Below, piece by piece: positions 12,169-25,325 of a stretch of DNA of 64,000 nucleotides (positions are counted from its first letter, which is position 1; each line of letters begins with the position of its first letter). Origin of the DNA: the human T2T-CHM13v2.0 reference genome, Homo sapiens. Under the pieces are notes generated by a model. That model was not told the DNA's origin and did no database searches. It worked only from the letters and a program-made list of their open reading frames with translations. The position numbers and the translations under genes are program-made. The stretch lies in NCBI RefSeq assembly GCF_009914755.1, contig NC_060932.1. One strand, 5' to 3'.

Positions 12169-14424
12169 CTTTAAGTTTACTAATTCTTTGTTCTTCTTGA
12201 TACATTTTGCTGGTAAGAGACTCTGATGTATTCTTCAGTATATCAATTGCATATTTCAACTCATGAGTTTCTGCTGGATTCTTTTCAATTATTTCAATCT
12301 CTTTGTTAAATGTGTCTGATAAAATTCTGAATTCCTTATTTAGTTCATTTGGTGAAGTCATATTTTCCTGGATGATCTTGAAGCCTGTGGATGTTTGCAA
12401 GGTTCTGGGCATTGAAAAGTTAAGCGTGAATTGTAGTCTTCACAGTCTGGCCTTGTTTGTACCCATCCTTCTTGGGAAGGGTTTCCAGGTATTTCAATGG
12501 ACTTGGGTGTTGTAATCTAAAAATTTTTGGTTTATGAAGTCATATCTGCATTAGGAGGCACCCCAAGCCCAGTGATGCTGTAGCTCTTACAGACATGTAG
12601 AGATCCTACTTTAGTGATCTTTTATAACAGCCGAAAGAATACTCTGAATTAGCATGCAGTGATTTGCTCTCTTATTTCACTTTCTTCCAAACAAATAAAA
12701 TCTCTCTTTCTGTGCTGAACTGGCTGGAGCTAGGGCAAGAGTGACATAACCACACCTGTGTCCACCACCACAGGGATTATGCTGGGTCGGACCTGAAGCC
12801 AGCACAGTACTGGGTCTCACTCAAGGCCCACAGTAACCACTTCCTGGCTACCACCTATGTTCGCCCAAGACGCTAGTGCTCTACAATCAGCAGGTGGCAA
12901 AGTCAGGCAGGCTTTTATCCTTCCCTTCTGGTGGTTGAGTTCTCCTTGGCGCCAGTTAAGTCCATAGATGATATCCTGGAACCACTGCCTACCTAGAGAT
13001 GGAAATCTTAGAAATCTAGCTAGTAGGCTATTCTGTTGCAGCTAAGCTGGCATGAAGCCACAAGACAAAGTCTTTTCCACTCTTCCCTCCCTTTCCACAA
13101 GCAGAGGAGTCTCTTTTTATGGCCATTACCACCCCATGCCTATGGAAAGTACTGCCTGGCTACCACTGATGTTGACTCAACATCCAAGGGCTTTTCAGTC
13201 AGGTTGTGGTGAATGCTGCCAGGCCTAAGACTCTTCCTTAAGGCCAGGGGACTTTCTTTCAGCCAAGGCAGGTCCAGAAATGCCATCCAAGAACCAAAGC
13301 CTGGAAGTAGGGATGCCAACAGCCCACTTGGTGGTCTACTCAATATGTCCAAGCTGATACCTAAGTTGTAAGACAAAGTCCCCTTTACTCTTCCCTCTCC
13401 TTTTCTCAAGCCTAAGGAGTTTCTCCCTGTAACCACTATATCTGGGAATTTGCTGAGTCACACCTAAAGCCGTATAGTCTCTGAGTGTCACCCAGGGCCC
13501 ACGGCAAGTATTGCCTGGGTGTTTCTGCTGATTATTCAGGGGACAAGCGCTCTTTAATCAGCAGATAATGAATACTGCCATGATTGTGTCTTTCTCCTTA
13601 AAGTAGTAGGTTCCCTTCTAGCCCAGGATGTTTCTAGAAATGTCATCTTGGAGCTGGGGCCTGGAATGCAGGCCTCTTGACTCTATCTGGTGCCCTAGCC
13701 AAGCTGGTATCCAAGTTGCAAGACAAAGTCTTCTTTACTATATCCTCTCCTTTCCTCAAGAAAAGGAAAGCAGTATCTCCCAGATCTGTGAGCTGCTCTG
13801 CCTAAGGTTGGGAAAGGGGTGGTGCAGGCACTCCTGTGGTCACTCAAGCTGATGTCTCATAGGGTCACATGCCCTCCATGTTCACTGGCTTTAAGCCCAG
13901 CATAGCACCAGAACTTGCTCAAGAATTGCAGTTCTTGTGGCCAAGGCTGCCTTTCAAATTTACTTAGAACCTTAGAGGACTTTAGCCTGTGGTGGCAAGG
14001 CTTGCCGGAACTCAAGTTTCAGCTGCTGAGTTGAGTGGTTTCCCTCTTGCTAGGGCTGGTCTAAATACTTCTCAATGGGTACCAGCTGAGTTCTGCTGCT
14101 GTGGCTTTCCACTGTGACAGGGCAGCACTGAGTTCCAATACAAAGTCCACCCATCACCATGTTCTTTCTTTCTGAAGCTCACAGATTCTCTTTCTACACC
14201 ACATACTTGCTGCTGGGGAATGAGGGCTGCAAATAAAGACTTTCCTTCCTATCACTTCAGTGCTTCTTTCTGTGATATGACGTTAAATCTAGGTCCTGTG
14301 ATTACAAACCTGATTTTTGGTTCCTATGAAGGTGCTTTTCTTGTGTGGATAATGGTTCAATTTGGTGTGCCTGAGTGGAGGGTGATCAGTGAAGGCTTCT
14401 ATTCAGCCATCTTGCTCTGCCTGC
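12163..14424 (-). mobile_element. L1MA (L1M1-like) 5' UTR and degenerate ORF1 N-terminus
   Basis: ORF 12122-12412(-) gives the L1 ORF1p-like IQENMTSPNELNK...FNKEIEIIEKN...EEQRISKLKDR; 5' end signature attcagccatcttg at 14401-14414; repeated 5' UTR units (aagacaaagtc near 13062, 13370, 13720). Confidence 0.85.
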
Positions 14425-14819
14425 AGAGCAAGCTCCTATCTTTATTTTTTTCTTTCTCTGATACTCTTCCTTTATACAGATTTGTGTTTCTGACCTACAT
14501 AATTTTCCTTTTCCTCGAAGAACTTTTTCTTCTTTCTTGAAGAGAAGATCTTTCAGCAACGAATTCTCTTAAAATTGTCCACAAAAGTCTTTATTTCTCA
14601 TTCACTTTTCACTAATTTTACTGAATGTAAAATTATAGATTGCTGGGTTTTTCTTTTTCTAACAACAATATAAATATTTAATGAAGTGTCTTTTTGCTTG
14701 CATCATTTGTGAAAACAAGCCCTCTGTAATTCTAATTCTTGTTCCTCTACAGGTAAGTTGTGCCTCCACTGTAACCCCTGGATTCCCCTGGTTCCTTTCA
14801 ATTGTACTCTTTGTCTTTG

Positions 14820-15116
14820 CTTTTTTTATTGAGATGGAGTCTCGTTCTGCCACCCAGTCTAGAGTGCAGTGGTACCATCTCGGCTAACTTCAACCTCTGC
14901 CTCCCAAGTTCAAGCAATTCTCCTGCCTTAGCCTCCAGAGTAGCTGGGATTATACGCATTTGCTACCAGGCCCAACTAATTTTTTTTTGTATTTTTAGTA
15001 GAAATGAGGTTTCATCATGTTGGCCAGGCTGGTCTTAAAGTCCTGACCTCAAGTGATTTGTCCACCTCAGCCTCCCAAAGTGCTGGGATTACAGGCATGA
15101 GCCATCATGCCTGGTT
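14820..15116 (-). mobile_element. AluS (Sx/Sz-like)
   Basis: Full dimer gagatggagtctcg...cctgacctcaagtgat...gagccatcatgcctgg. Confidence 0.95.
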
Positions 15117-15205
15117 GCCTTTGCTTTTCTGCAGTTTGAATATAAGATACCGTGGTATAATTTTTTTGCTATCTCTGCTGCTTGGTATTCTCTCAGTTCT
15201 CTCAA

Positions 15206-15240
<35 letters not shown>

Positions 15241-15283
15241 ATGTGTGTGCATGTGTGTATGTGTGTGTGTGAATGTGTGTGTG
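15206..15283. repeat. (CT)n(GT)n compound microsatellite
   Basis: Directly visible. Confidence 0.95.
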
Positions 15284-16879
15284 TTTTACATTTTCAAATG
15301 TTCTTGGTCATCTTTGCTTCAAACATTTATTCTGTTCACTATCTTCGTCAGGCATTTCAATTAGACATATGTTATACCTTTTAAAATTTCCACACAGTTC
15401 TTGGATGTTCTGTTCTGTTTTGTGTTATGTTTTCTTTCTTACCGTTTGCCTTTTAATTTGGTGGTTTCTACCAACCTGTTTCAAGTTTACTAAGTCTTTC
15501 TTTGGTGATGTTCAGTCTACAGATGAACGCATTGAAAACATTCTTCACTTATGATACAGTGGGTTTTTTTTATTTCTAACATTTTCTTTTAATTATTTCT
15601 TAATTTTTAAATTTCTGCTAACATTACCAAACTGTTACTTTATGTTGTCTACCTTTACTGATAAGCCTTAGCACACTAATTAGAGTTGTTTTTAATATTC
15701 TGTCTGATAATTCCAACATCTGTGTCAGATCGAAGTTTGGTTCTGACAATTGCTTTGTCACTTCATACATGTTATTGTTTTTCTTGTCATTTGGCATGAC
15801 TTTTGACTTTTTATTGAAAGCAAACATGACATACCAGCTATTAGGAACCAAAGTTAATTGGCCCTTAGTGTGAGGATTTATGGCTAAGAATTGAACTATG
15901 TTTAATTTTTATTTTATTTGAGGTATTAGAGCCTTCTAATTCCTCTAGTGTTCTTGTTTTTGTCTCTCTTCTTGATGTTGGGTTTCCCTAAATACTTTTC
16001 CTCAGAGAGTGTGTGTCTTGAAGCTCTTTCAGCTGGTTTATCCCCTGTGAATATACTGAAGTCCTATTGGTGTGGTGGTAAACTGGAGAGAAGAAGGGTT
16101 CTATAATCTTTTGATTAACTAATTGTTTTAGTAAGCCAATTTTCCTGGCCTGTGACCTTTACACATGTTTCTTAACTTTTGTTTTCATCCTGATATGAGA
16201 TAGGATGTCTTGAGGGATCTGGAGCAGGAGACATGCTCTATGTTTAGGTGAGATAAGGTTTTGGTAAAGTTTTATAACCTAGAAATGGGCGTTTGTTATG
16301 GATAATACTCTGGACAATTCCCAAGAATTGGCCTTCGTCTGCCCATCCTAGAGTCACAAGCGAGTTTGTTTGGCTTCTTCACTATGAGAACCTGGCTGCA
16401 TTCCTGTTGTCAGAACTTACAAAAGTGTGGTGATCTTCCTGAGTCAGTAACCCTCAATAATTTCTCATTGTCACAATTGTCTAAACTTGGACATCAGCAA
16501 TTCTTCAAAATTACTGTTTAAGTGTTTTTTTAAACAGCTTATGGCTCCAGCATCTTCTGTTCTAGGTAAGCAAATCTCAGGTATCCCTCTTTAAATTTAC
16601 CTGTCTATATGCATTCCAGGGTGGCGGTTTGTCATGCAACCCCAGTTCTCTGATAAGTCCAGCAAAAGTTGTTTAATATCAGTTTTTCAGTTTTTTCTTT
16701 TAAGAATATGAATAATGAATTCCAAGCTCTTAACATGTTGAAATTGTGCAGTATATGAATTACATCTCAATAAGACTATTCTTGAAACAAACTAACAAAC
16801 AAATATGATGAACAGAAAACAGTTACAAATATGGTGGATCATTCTAATTATATCAATAATCTTAAATGATAACAGTTGT

Positions 16880-17075
16880 TGTTTTCATTATGTTTATTAA
16901 TTTTTTAACAAGTATTTCATGGCAGTCATACTGATTTTCCATTCACAGTGATAAGATGAAGTTTATACTCTTTTAATAAAAAACACTTAACTAAGATGTC
17001 AGTAAAGTAAGGAGGAATATAATTTAGGTAGCATCATAAAGACTGTGCATACATTACTAAGTTTGGGACACCCTA
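16880..17075. mobile_element. Probable hAT-Charlie DNA transposon end
   Basis: Ends aagtttgggacaccct, resembling a Charlie terminal inverted repeat; body diverged. Confidence 0.4.
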
Positions 17076-19671
17076 ATTCACATCAAAGCAGCCTCCTCCC
17101 GTTAGACTGGCCTTGAAATATGGCCATTCTGGAACATTTCCCATAATCCTGTCCACTTAGAACAGCTACTCAGAAACCAGGACAGTCCAGTTGGAATATA
17201 TAGCCTCCTCTGAGCTGACAAGGCAGTTCCATAATTCATCCAGTGTTAGAGCACTGTTGTCTCATTCCTGCCAAAGTTGCCAGGGCTTCCTGTGGCAACT
17301 AGGCCTGGAGGTTGCTTCTGGGGACATGAAAGCATAGGTTAATAAGACTGAGGCTTCCTTTGCTTTTCCCCATCAAAGTTCCCCAGTCTCATGCCTGAAG
17401 GTTGAAGCCATCAGCAGGAGCATAATTTCCAAAGCTTGACTTTAAAGTCCCAGTGCTAGATAGGAATGTCTTAGTGCACTAAAATCTCACCAGTAATTTC
17501 TCAGAACAGAAGATACTTTTTGGCGTTTTGAATATTGTGTTCTGCCACATACAAAGTGGGAAATAATGTAGGGTGCAGTAAGAGGTATGAGTCTAACAAG
17601 CTGAGATATGTTTATGTAGAACTTTATATTTTGTTAATGAGAAATGTGATATTAAATTTGGCAGTCTTTGTTTTACATTAATAAAAACTGAAGTACTTAG
17701 AAACTGATCATATTAGAAATATGGATGTCAAAGGTGTAGCATTCCAGGAGAGCATGATGTTCAGACAATATCACTACATTGAAGGAATTCCACAATTAGG
17801 AACTGAACAAGGCCGTGGTAGGACTGGGTAAGTAATTTCTCCCAGGATGCATCAATTCAAGGGCCTGGGAGAATTGTGCACTGAGCCCCGATCTAAGTCT
17901 GAGGAAATTTTGGTTGTAATGGGAGTGTCAAACCTGAAGACCTGGGACCGGTGGAGAAATTGCTGACTGAAGAAGCTTGGTTGCGACTCAATGGGTTGCA
18001 TCTGGGCAGCTGGATGAAGGAGGAGCTGCAAAGAGTTGAAGAGTGGCAGGCAATGACAAGCAACAGGTCATGTGGGGAATTTCTATGGTAGTGTATTGCA
18101 GGCTCTGGAAATACAAGGTTTAAAATCCAGCAGGAAAGCACAGATCTGAATCTTGGTTTTACCTTCTTACAGGGGTCTAAAGTTAAACACTCCCAGAAAG
18201 GGAAACTAAGTCAATGTCACTGAAGTTACTGGGCATGTTGGCTTTCACTACCAGTTTTTGTTTGTTTGTTTGTTTGTTTCCATGAGACCTTCATTCATGG
18301 GAGCTAGACCCCACCCAAGTCTGCTTTACCCAAACCTCTATCCCTCTTGTGAGTCACTTTCTCAAAATCTCCTATGTCTAAATGGACCTTGAGTTTTATG
18401 ACTTAGAGCAGAAGTCAGACAAGAGGGGCCCACCTGAAAAAGACAGCTATTCTCCAGCTCTGTTGCCCCTACCTTTAACCTCTGTCACCTTTACTGTAAG
18501 GAGAAAAATATGATATTCCGGTTATCCTCAGACCCAAACACATTTTTCAGCACAGTTTACCCAGAAATGCAAACCTTCAAGAATACACATATTTAAAATA
18601 AAATTTGACTTTACCTACTCTTATTCTTTGGAATGTTTGCAGGGAAGAAAATAAATTTCCCTAACTCATGAACAATTCCCATCTGTATTTTCTGAATATA
18701 TTATAAAGGTGAAGATAAGCTACCATTTGCTAAGAATGTACTACATAACATACATAGTTTTCTGTGAATCACATGTATTTTCTCATATAAACTTCGTAAC
18801 TCTTGAGGCAGATTCAGAGACATGAAGCACCTTGCTCAGTTACACAGCCAGTAAATGATAGAGGCAACAGTGCAACCTACACAGTTTAGCCAGAGACAGG
18901 ATAATTTCCTTGTGCTGCCTCTCTGTAACCAGAGGCATCGGTTGTTGAAATGCACTACTGTTTGTATTGGAAAGGCTCCCTGTCCATGCTGCCAGAAGAG
19001 GACCACTCAATTACACTTCCAGTCCAACTGCCATAAGCTGCTTTGCCATACAAACTGAGGAACAGCCAGGTGCTCAAGAATTACAGAAGGTAGTCATTTC
19101 ACCAATAGCTTTGACCACCTCCCAACAAAGCATTTATCTTCCTCTCCTCAAGTGCCAAATGTACACCCCATTTATTTTTTGTAACTTGTCTCCACATTAT
19201 TGCTTCCCGAGCAGAGAGACAGGACAGAGGCTCACATTTGTGCAAATAACAGATGTGTAAGGAATCCCAGCATATCTTGGGATCTACAAGTAACCCTGCA
19301 TTACTGGAGCAAAGAGTAATGCTTGTTTGATTATTAAATTATTTTAACATTATCTTGACTTCACCACCACCTGCTGAATAAAAGCTCCACGAGATTAGGC
19401 ACCTTGTCTACGTATTTAGGGCTACGCTCTGCCCACCCTGCTTTCTGACCTAGAATAAAGCTTGCTACATAAAAAGTGTTCAATCAAACCACACAATAAA
19501 TGAACATAAGCACCAGGACAATGGTGGGCAACATAGTGGATGGCGATAAAGACTGTAGTCCGTAGAGTTTTAATAACAAAAACATGATACTAAGATAAGG
19601 AATTTAGGTGGATTCTTCTATAAACAAGTAAGCAGTCACTGAAAACTGAAGGAAAGTGGGGTAGGATGATG

Positions 19672-20129
19672 TGTGATGATTCTCTAAGGCAAAAACTAGG
19701 GTAGTCTAAAATACATCTCCTAGAACATTCTTCCCAGTCAGATGGGGCCACAACAGAGGTTCTCGCCAGTTTTGCTACTGATCTGCTGACTCACTTCACT
19801 GGCATGAAGCAGTATTTTGGCTTGCAATTGTTCTACCTTCCCTGGATTCTCATTCAGCTTTTCTGGCTCCTATCTATGTGTGTTTACCTCCATGATGATG
19901 AGACCCTGGTTTCTTCAGGATACCCATGTGCCAAGACCAGTGGCAACAAGAATAGATACAAATTTCAGTCTATTTGTGTGCTGTCCAGTTTATGCTCAAA
20001 GGGTTTCATCCTGCTCAACATATTCCCTTCCTGCCTGCCTGCCTGTGGACTTTAAGCTGTAGGAAAACTGCTCATAGAGATTACTTAACTAGACCCACAA
20101 TAGCATAAGCCAAATTCTCTGTAACAAAT

Positions 20130-20164
<35 letters not shown>

Positions 20165-20207
20165 TTAGTGTAGTGGTTTTGCTTCTCTGTTTGACGCCTG
20201 ACTGATA
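19672..20207 (+). mobile_element. ERVL LTR (LTR41/LTR33-like) with an internal (GT)n
   Basis: tgtgatgatt...aatacatctcctagaacattcttccc...ggggccacaa; end gtggttttgcttctctgtttgacgcctgactgata. Confidence 0.65.
20132..20163. repeat. (GT)16 microsatellite
   Basis: Directly visible. Confidence 0.95.
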
Positions 20208-20977
20208 AGGATTATTAGTTTAAGTATCAGACAAAGAGTTTTACAGCAATGTAAGATACATACGGGAGAGGGAGGTAATTCTAGAAGGTGAGATCTCAGG
20301 AGCCACGTAAGAATTTTGAACTGAGAAATGAATTGATTCACTTCAGCTTGACTGGGTATTATGTTCAGCCCTGGAGATAAGTCAGTGAATACAACATGGT
20401 CATGTTTTGGCATTGGTGAATGTGATCAATGGGAAGGAAGTGTCATGTGTAACACAGAACATGCCAGGTAACTATTGATAGAGTAAAAGCTGAGTTAAAA
20501 TGCCCAGAAAAAGGGCCACAGAATCAAAAGCTAAAAGATAATGAAATATAGAAAACAAAACATAGCGAGCTTTCTTTTTCTCATAGTAAATTAAGGAGGA
20601 ATGTGTGATATTCTAGAACATGTATACCCCTGTCTTATATAAAATATTGAGGTGCAAGAAAGACATATTTTATATCTTTTCCAGATGCTTACAGTACTAC
20701 CCTGTCATCTTCAGTGGGGTCCCTGGATCATTAAGGAAGAGTTACATTCTTTGGAGATGCGCCTGATAATTATCAGTCAGAAAAGGCAGGTAGAGGGCCG
20801 TGGAAATGAATTAGCACCTCCTGTCACTAGGTGGCCACTTTGCAGTGATTCTCTATATTGAGGCCACCTCTATATGCCAGGGATTCAGTGGTTTGGAAAT
20901 TAGACTTATTAGGCTATTCTGCAATGACATGGTATAATCTGGCCCACAGACAATCATAAACTACTGTGAGAAAAGAC

Positions 20978-21277
20978 TTTTTTTTTTCTTTGTTTTTGGC
21001 AGAGTCTCACTCTCTCACCTAGGCTGGAGTGCAATGGCACAATCTTGGGTCACTGCAACATTTGCCTCCTGGGTTCAAGCAATTCTTATGCCTCGGCCTT
21101 CTGAATAGCTGAAATCACAGGTGTGCACCACCATGCCCAGCTAATTTTGGCATTTTTAGTAGAGACAAGGTTTTGCCGTGTTGCCCAGGCTGGTCTCAAA
21201 CTCCTGGTCTCAAGTGATCCGTCCACCTCAGCCTTCCAAAGTGCCGAGATTACAGGCATGAGTCACTGAACCCAGCC
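20978..21277 (-). mobile_element. AluJ (Jb-like)
   Basis: Full dimer with gttgcccaggctggtctcaaactcctgg; TSD agaaaaga on both sides. Confidence 0.93.
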
Positions 21278-22317
21278 AGAAAAGATATTTTTTAATTTGT
21301 CTAGATTCAGTAAACAAAAGGAGAGGTGTTCTTCTTCCAATTGTTCCTCTCTGGAAGACTCAGACATCTCATGGCCCATGGTAAACACATAACATATTTT
21401 AGCTGTAATTGTTGTTGTGATTATAATTAAAACTTTATTTAAGGAACGGAAAGTTAGCATTTTTCACAAACATTCTAAAAATAAAAGCAGTGTAATAGAG
21501 TGGAAAGAATTTGGGTTTTGAAATTTGAAAGAGAATATGGTTCAAATCTTTGCTCTACGTGACTCTGAGCCATCAGGTCTTTCCTCAGTGTGAAGGGAAT
21601 GCCACTGACGCTGTTGCAAAGACTTCAAGCGCTATGGAACCTCCATGCATTGTGGAACCTCCACACTTCCTGTGGAGTTAACATTAAACATATTTTTTTT
21701 TCCTTTTAAATCTTGATCTTCCCCCCACATCCCTATTCATTTCCCCTTTGGAAAAGTCACCTCTCTGGGAGGCAAATTCTCATCTATAAAATGCTTACAT
21801 GAAGAAGTTTTAAGGACTAAATGGGCTAATATATTCATATATAAATGATCCACAAGCACTTAATTATATGGCTCTGGGTCAGTTATTGAAGCAAGTATCT
21901 CATCCTTTAGGAAGAAGGAAAGCATTATCTTCTTATTTGCACAGATGGGAATATTCAATATGTAGGTGCATTTACTCCAAGAATAATGGCTCAATGGCCT
22001 TCTTTGATGAATTAAGGAGGTCAGTGGAAGAGGTAGCAGTATAAAGTAAAATTGTTCCCAAAATGTCATCACAATGCAATAGTGAGTTTTATCAACTTGT
22101 TGAAAATTTCATGTAATTTGGGATGAAACAGATAGCCTGCTAAGAAAAACAAAGTTAATATAATTGTAGATATGGGAAAAAATGAATATCTCTTTTAATA
22201 TTTAATGGTTTCTAATCTGAGGAGGAGAGTCCTTTTAAATTAGTCATCAGCACAGCCTTAGAAATAACAATGCATTGAACCACAGTTTTAACATCATCTG
22301 GGATATGGAAATGAACA

Positions 22318-22740
22318 TTGATGTGCCATCCAGATCCTTCTTTCAGGAATGACAGGATTAGTCCCTCAGCTTCTGGGAGTGCTGTCCGTGGAAAGCTATG
22401 TGTTGTCAGCCCCCTGTGGGAATTGTCTCAGATGGAGAACACAAGCTTTCTCAAAATCACGCCACCTTCCTTGGCCATACCATATTTAATGACTGATGGA
22501 GTGAAGATAAAAGTAACAGCTCCCCCAATCCCAAATCAGAACAACTCTGAAGGGTCATCAAAGCATCAGAATCTCCCTTAGATTGAGACCTCCAATGAGA
22601 TTACTTCATAAATTCACATTTCCTTTTACCCAGTCCTGCTTTCTCAGTTACCATGAGTGTAGTTCATCCCAGAAATACTACCTAATAATCTTTCTGCATG
22701 CTAATGTCTATGTAACAGTCTACTTCTGAAGAAATCCACA
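22318..22740 (+). mobile_element. LTR16-type ERVL 5' LTR
   Basis: gccatccagatccttctttcaggaatga...ctgggagtgctg...gacaactctgaagggtcatc-like motif; directly followed by ERVL internal sequence. Confidence 0.7.
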
Positions 22741-24125
22741 ACTGGCGCTGGAAATGATCTGAGAAAGCTGATCCTGGGATAAGAGTTGGAGCTGTAGCAC
22801 CTACCCTCTGCTGACAATGAGGATCCCATCACAAATCAGGACTTTACAAAAAGTAGCAGTGCATTTATTAAAGGTTTTGTTGGTGTTGAAGTGGAATGGC
22901 ATGCCATTAGAAAGCAATTCATTATCTGGTACAATAAATATGTTATTTGAAAAAATATGGGGAAAATAGCCACTATGAAAACAGTGAAATTGGGAATCTA
23001 TAGCTAAGCCCAAGTCTTGCTTAAAAAAATAAATAATAAGAAGTTGAGATTGTTTGATCAGCAAGTAAGAGCTTAATTTGAAAACCAGAGGGTCTCTTTG
23101 GAACACATAGAGAGGATCTCATCTCCTGCAGCTGTATGGCAGAGAAAGCTGCGGACATGGTTAATTGCTTAATTGTAGGAGTAGTCAAACTCCAAAAATA
23201 AGCTCCCAACTAGGAACATCTTTTATGCCATTCCAGAATCCTGGTTATGAAAGAATGAGATTCTGATACATCTTAGCTGATGCATGAAAAAGTTTTGAAT
23301 CTGTATGTTCCCCTGAATCTTCTGATCCTGCAGAAGTACCTACTGTCCTATTGCTTGAAGATGATAAGAAACTTCTTCCTAGAAGGACAACATGTCCTCC
23401 ATGTAGATCTTCCCTCAACTCCTCTCCTGGATGTTAGGCCAATAACTAGGGTTAAGTCACAACATATTCTGATGGGACAAATTGGTCCTTGTAAAGGAAG
23501 AAAGGGGCTATGCATCAAATAAACTGTAGGACCTAACGAACACCCGCTGACAGCAGTTGGCAAAGGTCACATGGGTTTGGATTCTGAGGGTGCTATAAAA
23601 AGATAGGGTGCAGAATTTAAGATTAAATAGAGGGGAATTTACCAGTTTGGGAAGACTCTTCCAAGTCATAGAGTTTAATATCTTGGCAAAGTCCCCAGCA
23701 GATAGTGCAAACATGCTACAAGGGTAGTTCTAGATGCATGGTAAAATTGGTGGCTCATATAAGTATCTTGAAATGCCTGAATTGCATTGCAGATGGTTCT
23801 AGATAGGATAAAAAGGATGATACAAGTAGGCATCATTAAGAACATGTATTGTGTAATATTGGAACCACCATTGCTCCCTGACCCCTAACAGATGATTATG
23901 TTCCACAGAAGAGCCTGGAAGACGTATCATTTACCAAAATAATAAAGAATGCACAAATAGGAAGTACATCACCACCCTGAGCATTTCAGTAATGGCTTTC
24001 CTCTTTATGTCAGGCACATGCTACAAAAAGGGCATTGAAGAATGAAACTCACTCCTAGAGATGGGGTTAATAGTATCGTGATACAAATGAGGCCAGGTTG
24101 TAGTATTTAACCTTCAGATATCACG
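22741..24125 (+). mobile_element. ERVL internal remnant (ERV3-16A3-like), decayed gag region
   Basis: actggcgctggaaatgatctgagaaagc start; ggtttggattctgagggtgct; gagtttaatatcttggcaaag; no intact ORF. Confidence 0.65.
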
Positions 24126-24489
24126 TTGTTATGTGAAGTCAAGATTTTTTTTCAAGAATGAAGGACTTAATTCCTCAACTTCAAGTCCAAAGATATATTT
24201 CCTTCCCAAAGTGACCTGCCTCCAGTGAGTTTTAGATATGGAAGTATAGTGGCTGAGCCTCCTTACCTCATCTTGGAACAACTCTAAATGATCATTTGAG
24301 GTTTAAGATTTCCATGGGGCTGGCTGAGGAATGCACTGAAACTGCACTGAAGTTCAACTTCTCCTCCTGCCTGAACATACTTTTTAAATCTTTATCTCAC
24401 AGTCATTAATTCCATAATCATAAGAATTCCTTAATATAAAGCTCACTCATGGAAATCTCTCTGTCCCCCAGGGAAGCCATTTGGTAACA
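24126..24489 (+). mobile_element. LTR16-type ERVL 3' LTR
   Basis: ttcaagaatgaaggactta...gaacaactctaaatgatcat...gttcaacttctcctcctgcc...cagggaagccatttggtaaCA; similar to 22318-22740. Confidence 0.6.
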
Positions 24490-25064
24490 AGTGTCACTTA
24501 AATCTACATTGATGGGGCTGTCTTATCTTACACGTGTGTTTTTGTCTTAGTTTTTCAACTCTCTAAAGAACATTTGTACCTCTGTGTCTCTAAAGACTTA
24601 TTTTTTAAAAATTTATAAACAATGTAAATACGGTGCCATTCTTAACTCTTTTCTTCATGTTGATTTTATCCGTTTATTTTTTACTATAGTAATAATAAAG
24701 TTTAATATTTGATGAATTATCATTTTATGCAGGGTACTATGCCAAAATGAAAAAAACTTGCCTTGGGTCCTCATGCATCCCCACTATTTATAGAGCTTGA
24801 GCATTCAGGTATATTACAACCTCTCTGAGTTTCTGTGTATTTAACTTTAATTTAACAGAGAATGCCTCCCTCACAATAATGGAGGGTTTACATTTATATA
24901 GCAAGAAACTAGGTACCTTTTTAAATGGTACAAGGGACACCAAAGAACTGTCAGTGTCATAGGCATCGGTTACTCATGAAAGCAACATCAGATCCCTGGG
25001 CAAAACAACAAATACAAGAAGGCATTCATATTAGTAATAATCCATAGAATTATTTTAAGTCATT

Positions 25065-25325
25065 TCTCATCCATAGCTAGGATATGAGCTTTGGAATCTG
25101 GAAAAAGTTAGATTTGACTTCTACCTCTACCATTAATTTCTGGGTGAATTTGGAAAAATTTAGGTTGACCCTTTTGTGACTGATTTTTTAAACCTATAAA
25201 TCTATAAATAAATGCTATTTATTTCACAACATTTTTGTAAGGACTGAATGAGGTAATATATGCAAAGTACTTAACTAGCACTTACACATATGTATGCTAA
25301 GCACTAAAGGAATGAGAACAATTAT
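25065..25325 (+). mobile_element. MIR SINE
   Basis: atgagctttggaatctgg...ctgggtgaatttgga...gtaaggactgaatgaggtaatatatgcaaagtactta. Confidence 0.7.

Larger units (their letters stand above)
14430..16745 (-). mobile_element. Old L1 (L1MC/MD-like), part 2, running to its 5' region; contains an Alu and a microsatellite
   Basis: tttctgacctacataattttcc; ctgtctgataattccaacatctgtgtcagatc; ends ...gaattccaagctcttaacatg. Confidence 0.75.

Noticed and set aside
12900-13800. About 300-350-bp diverged repeat units (aagacaaagtc...) resembling a spaced array
   Set aside because: Consistent with internal repeats of the L1MA 5' UTR; not CRISPR-like
14802-15384. Alu-derived ORFs (also at 42870, 45085, 50347, 52738, 63178)
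   Set aside because: Typical Alu translations (LECSG, SPASAS); no evidence of exonisation
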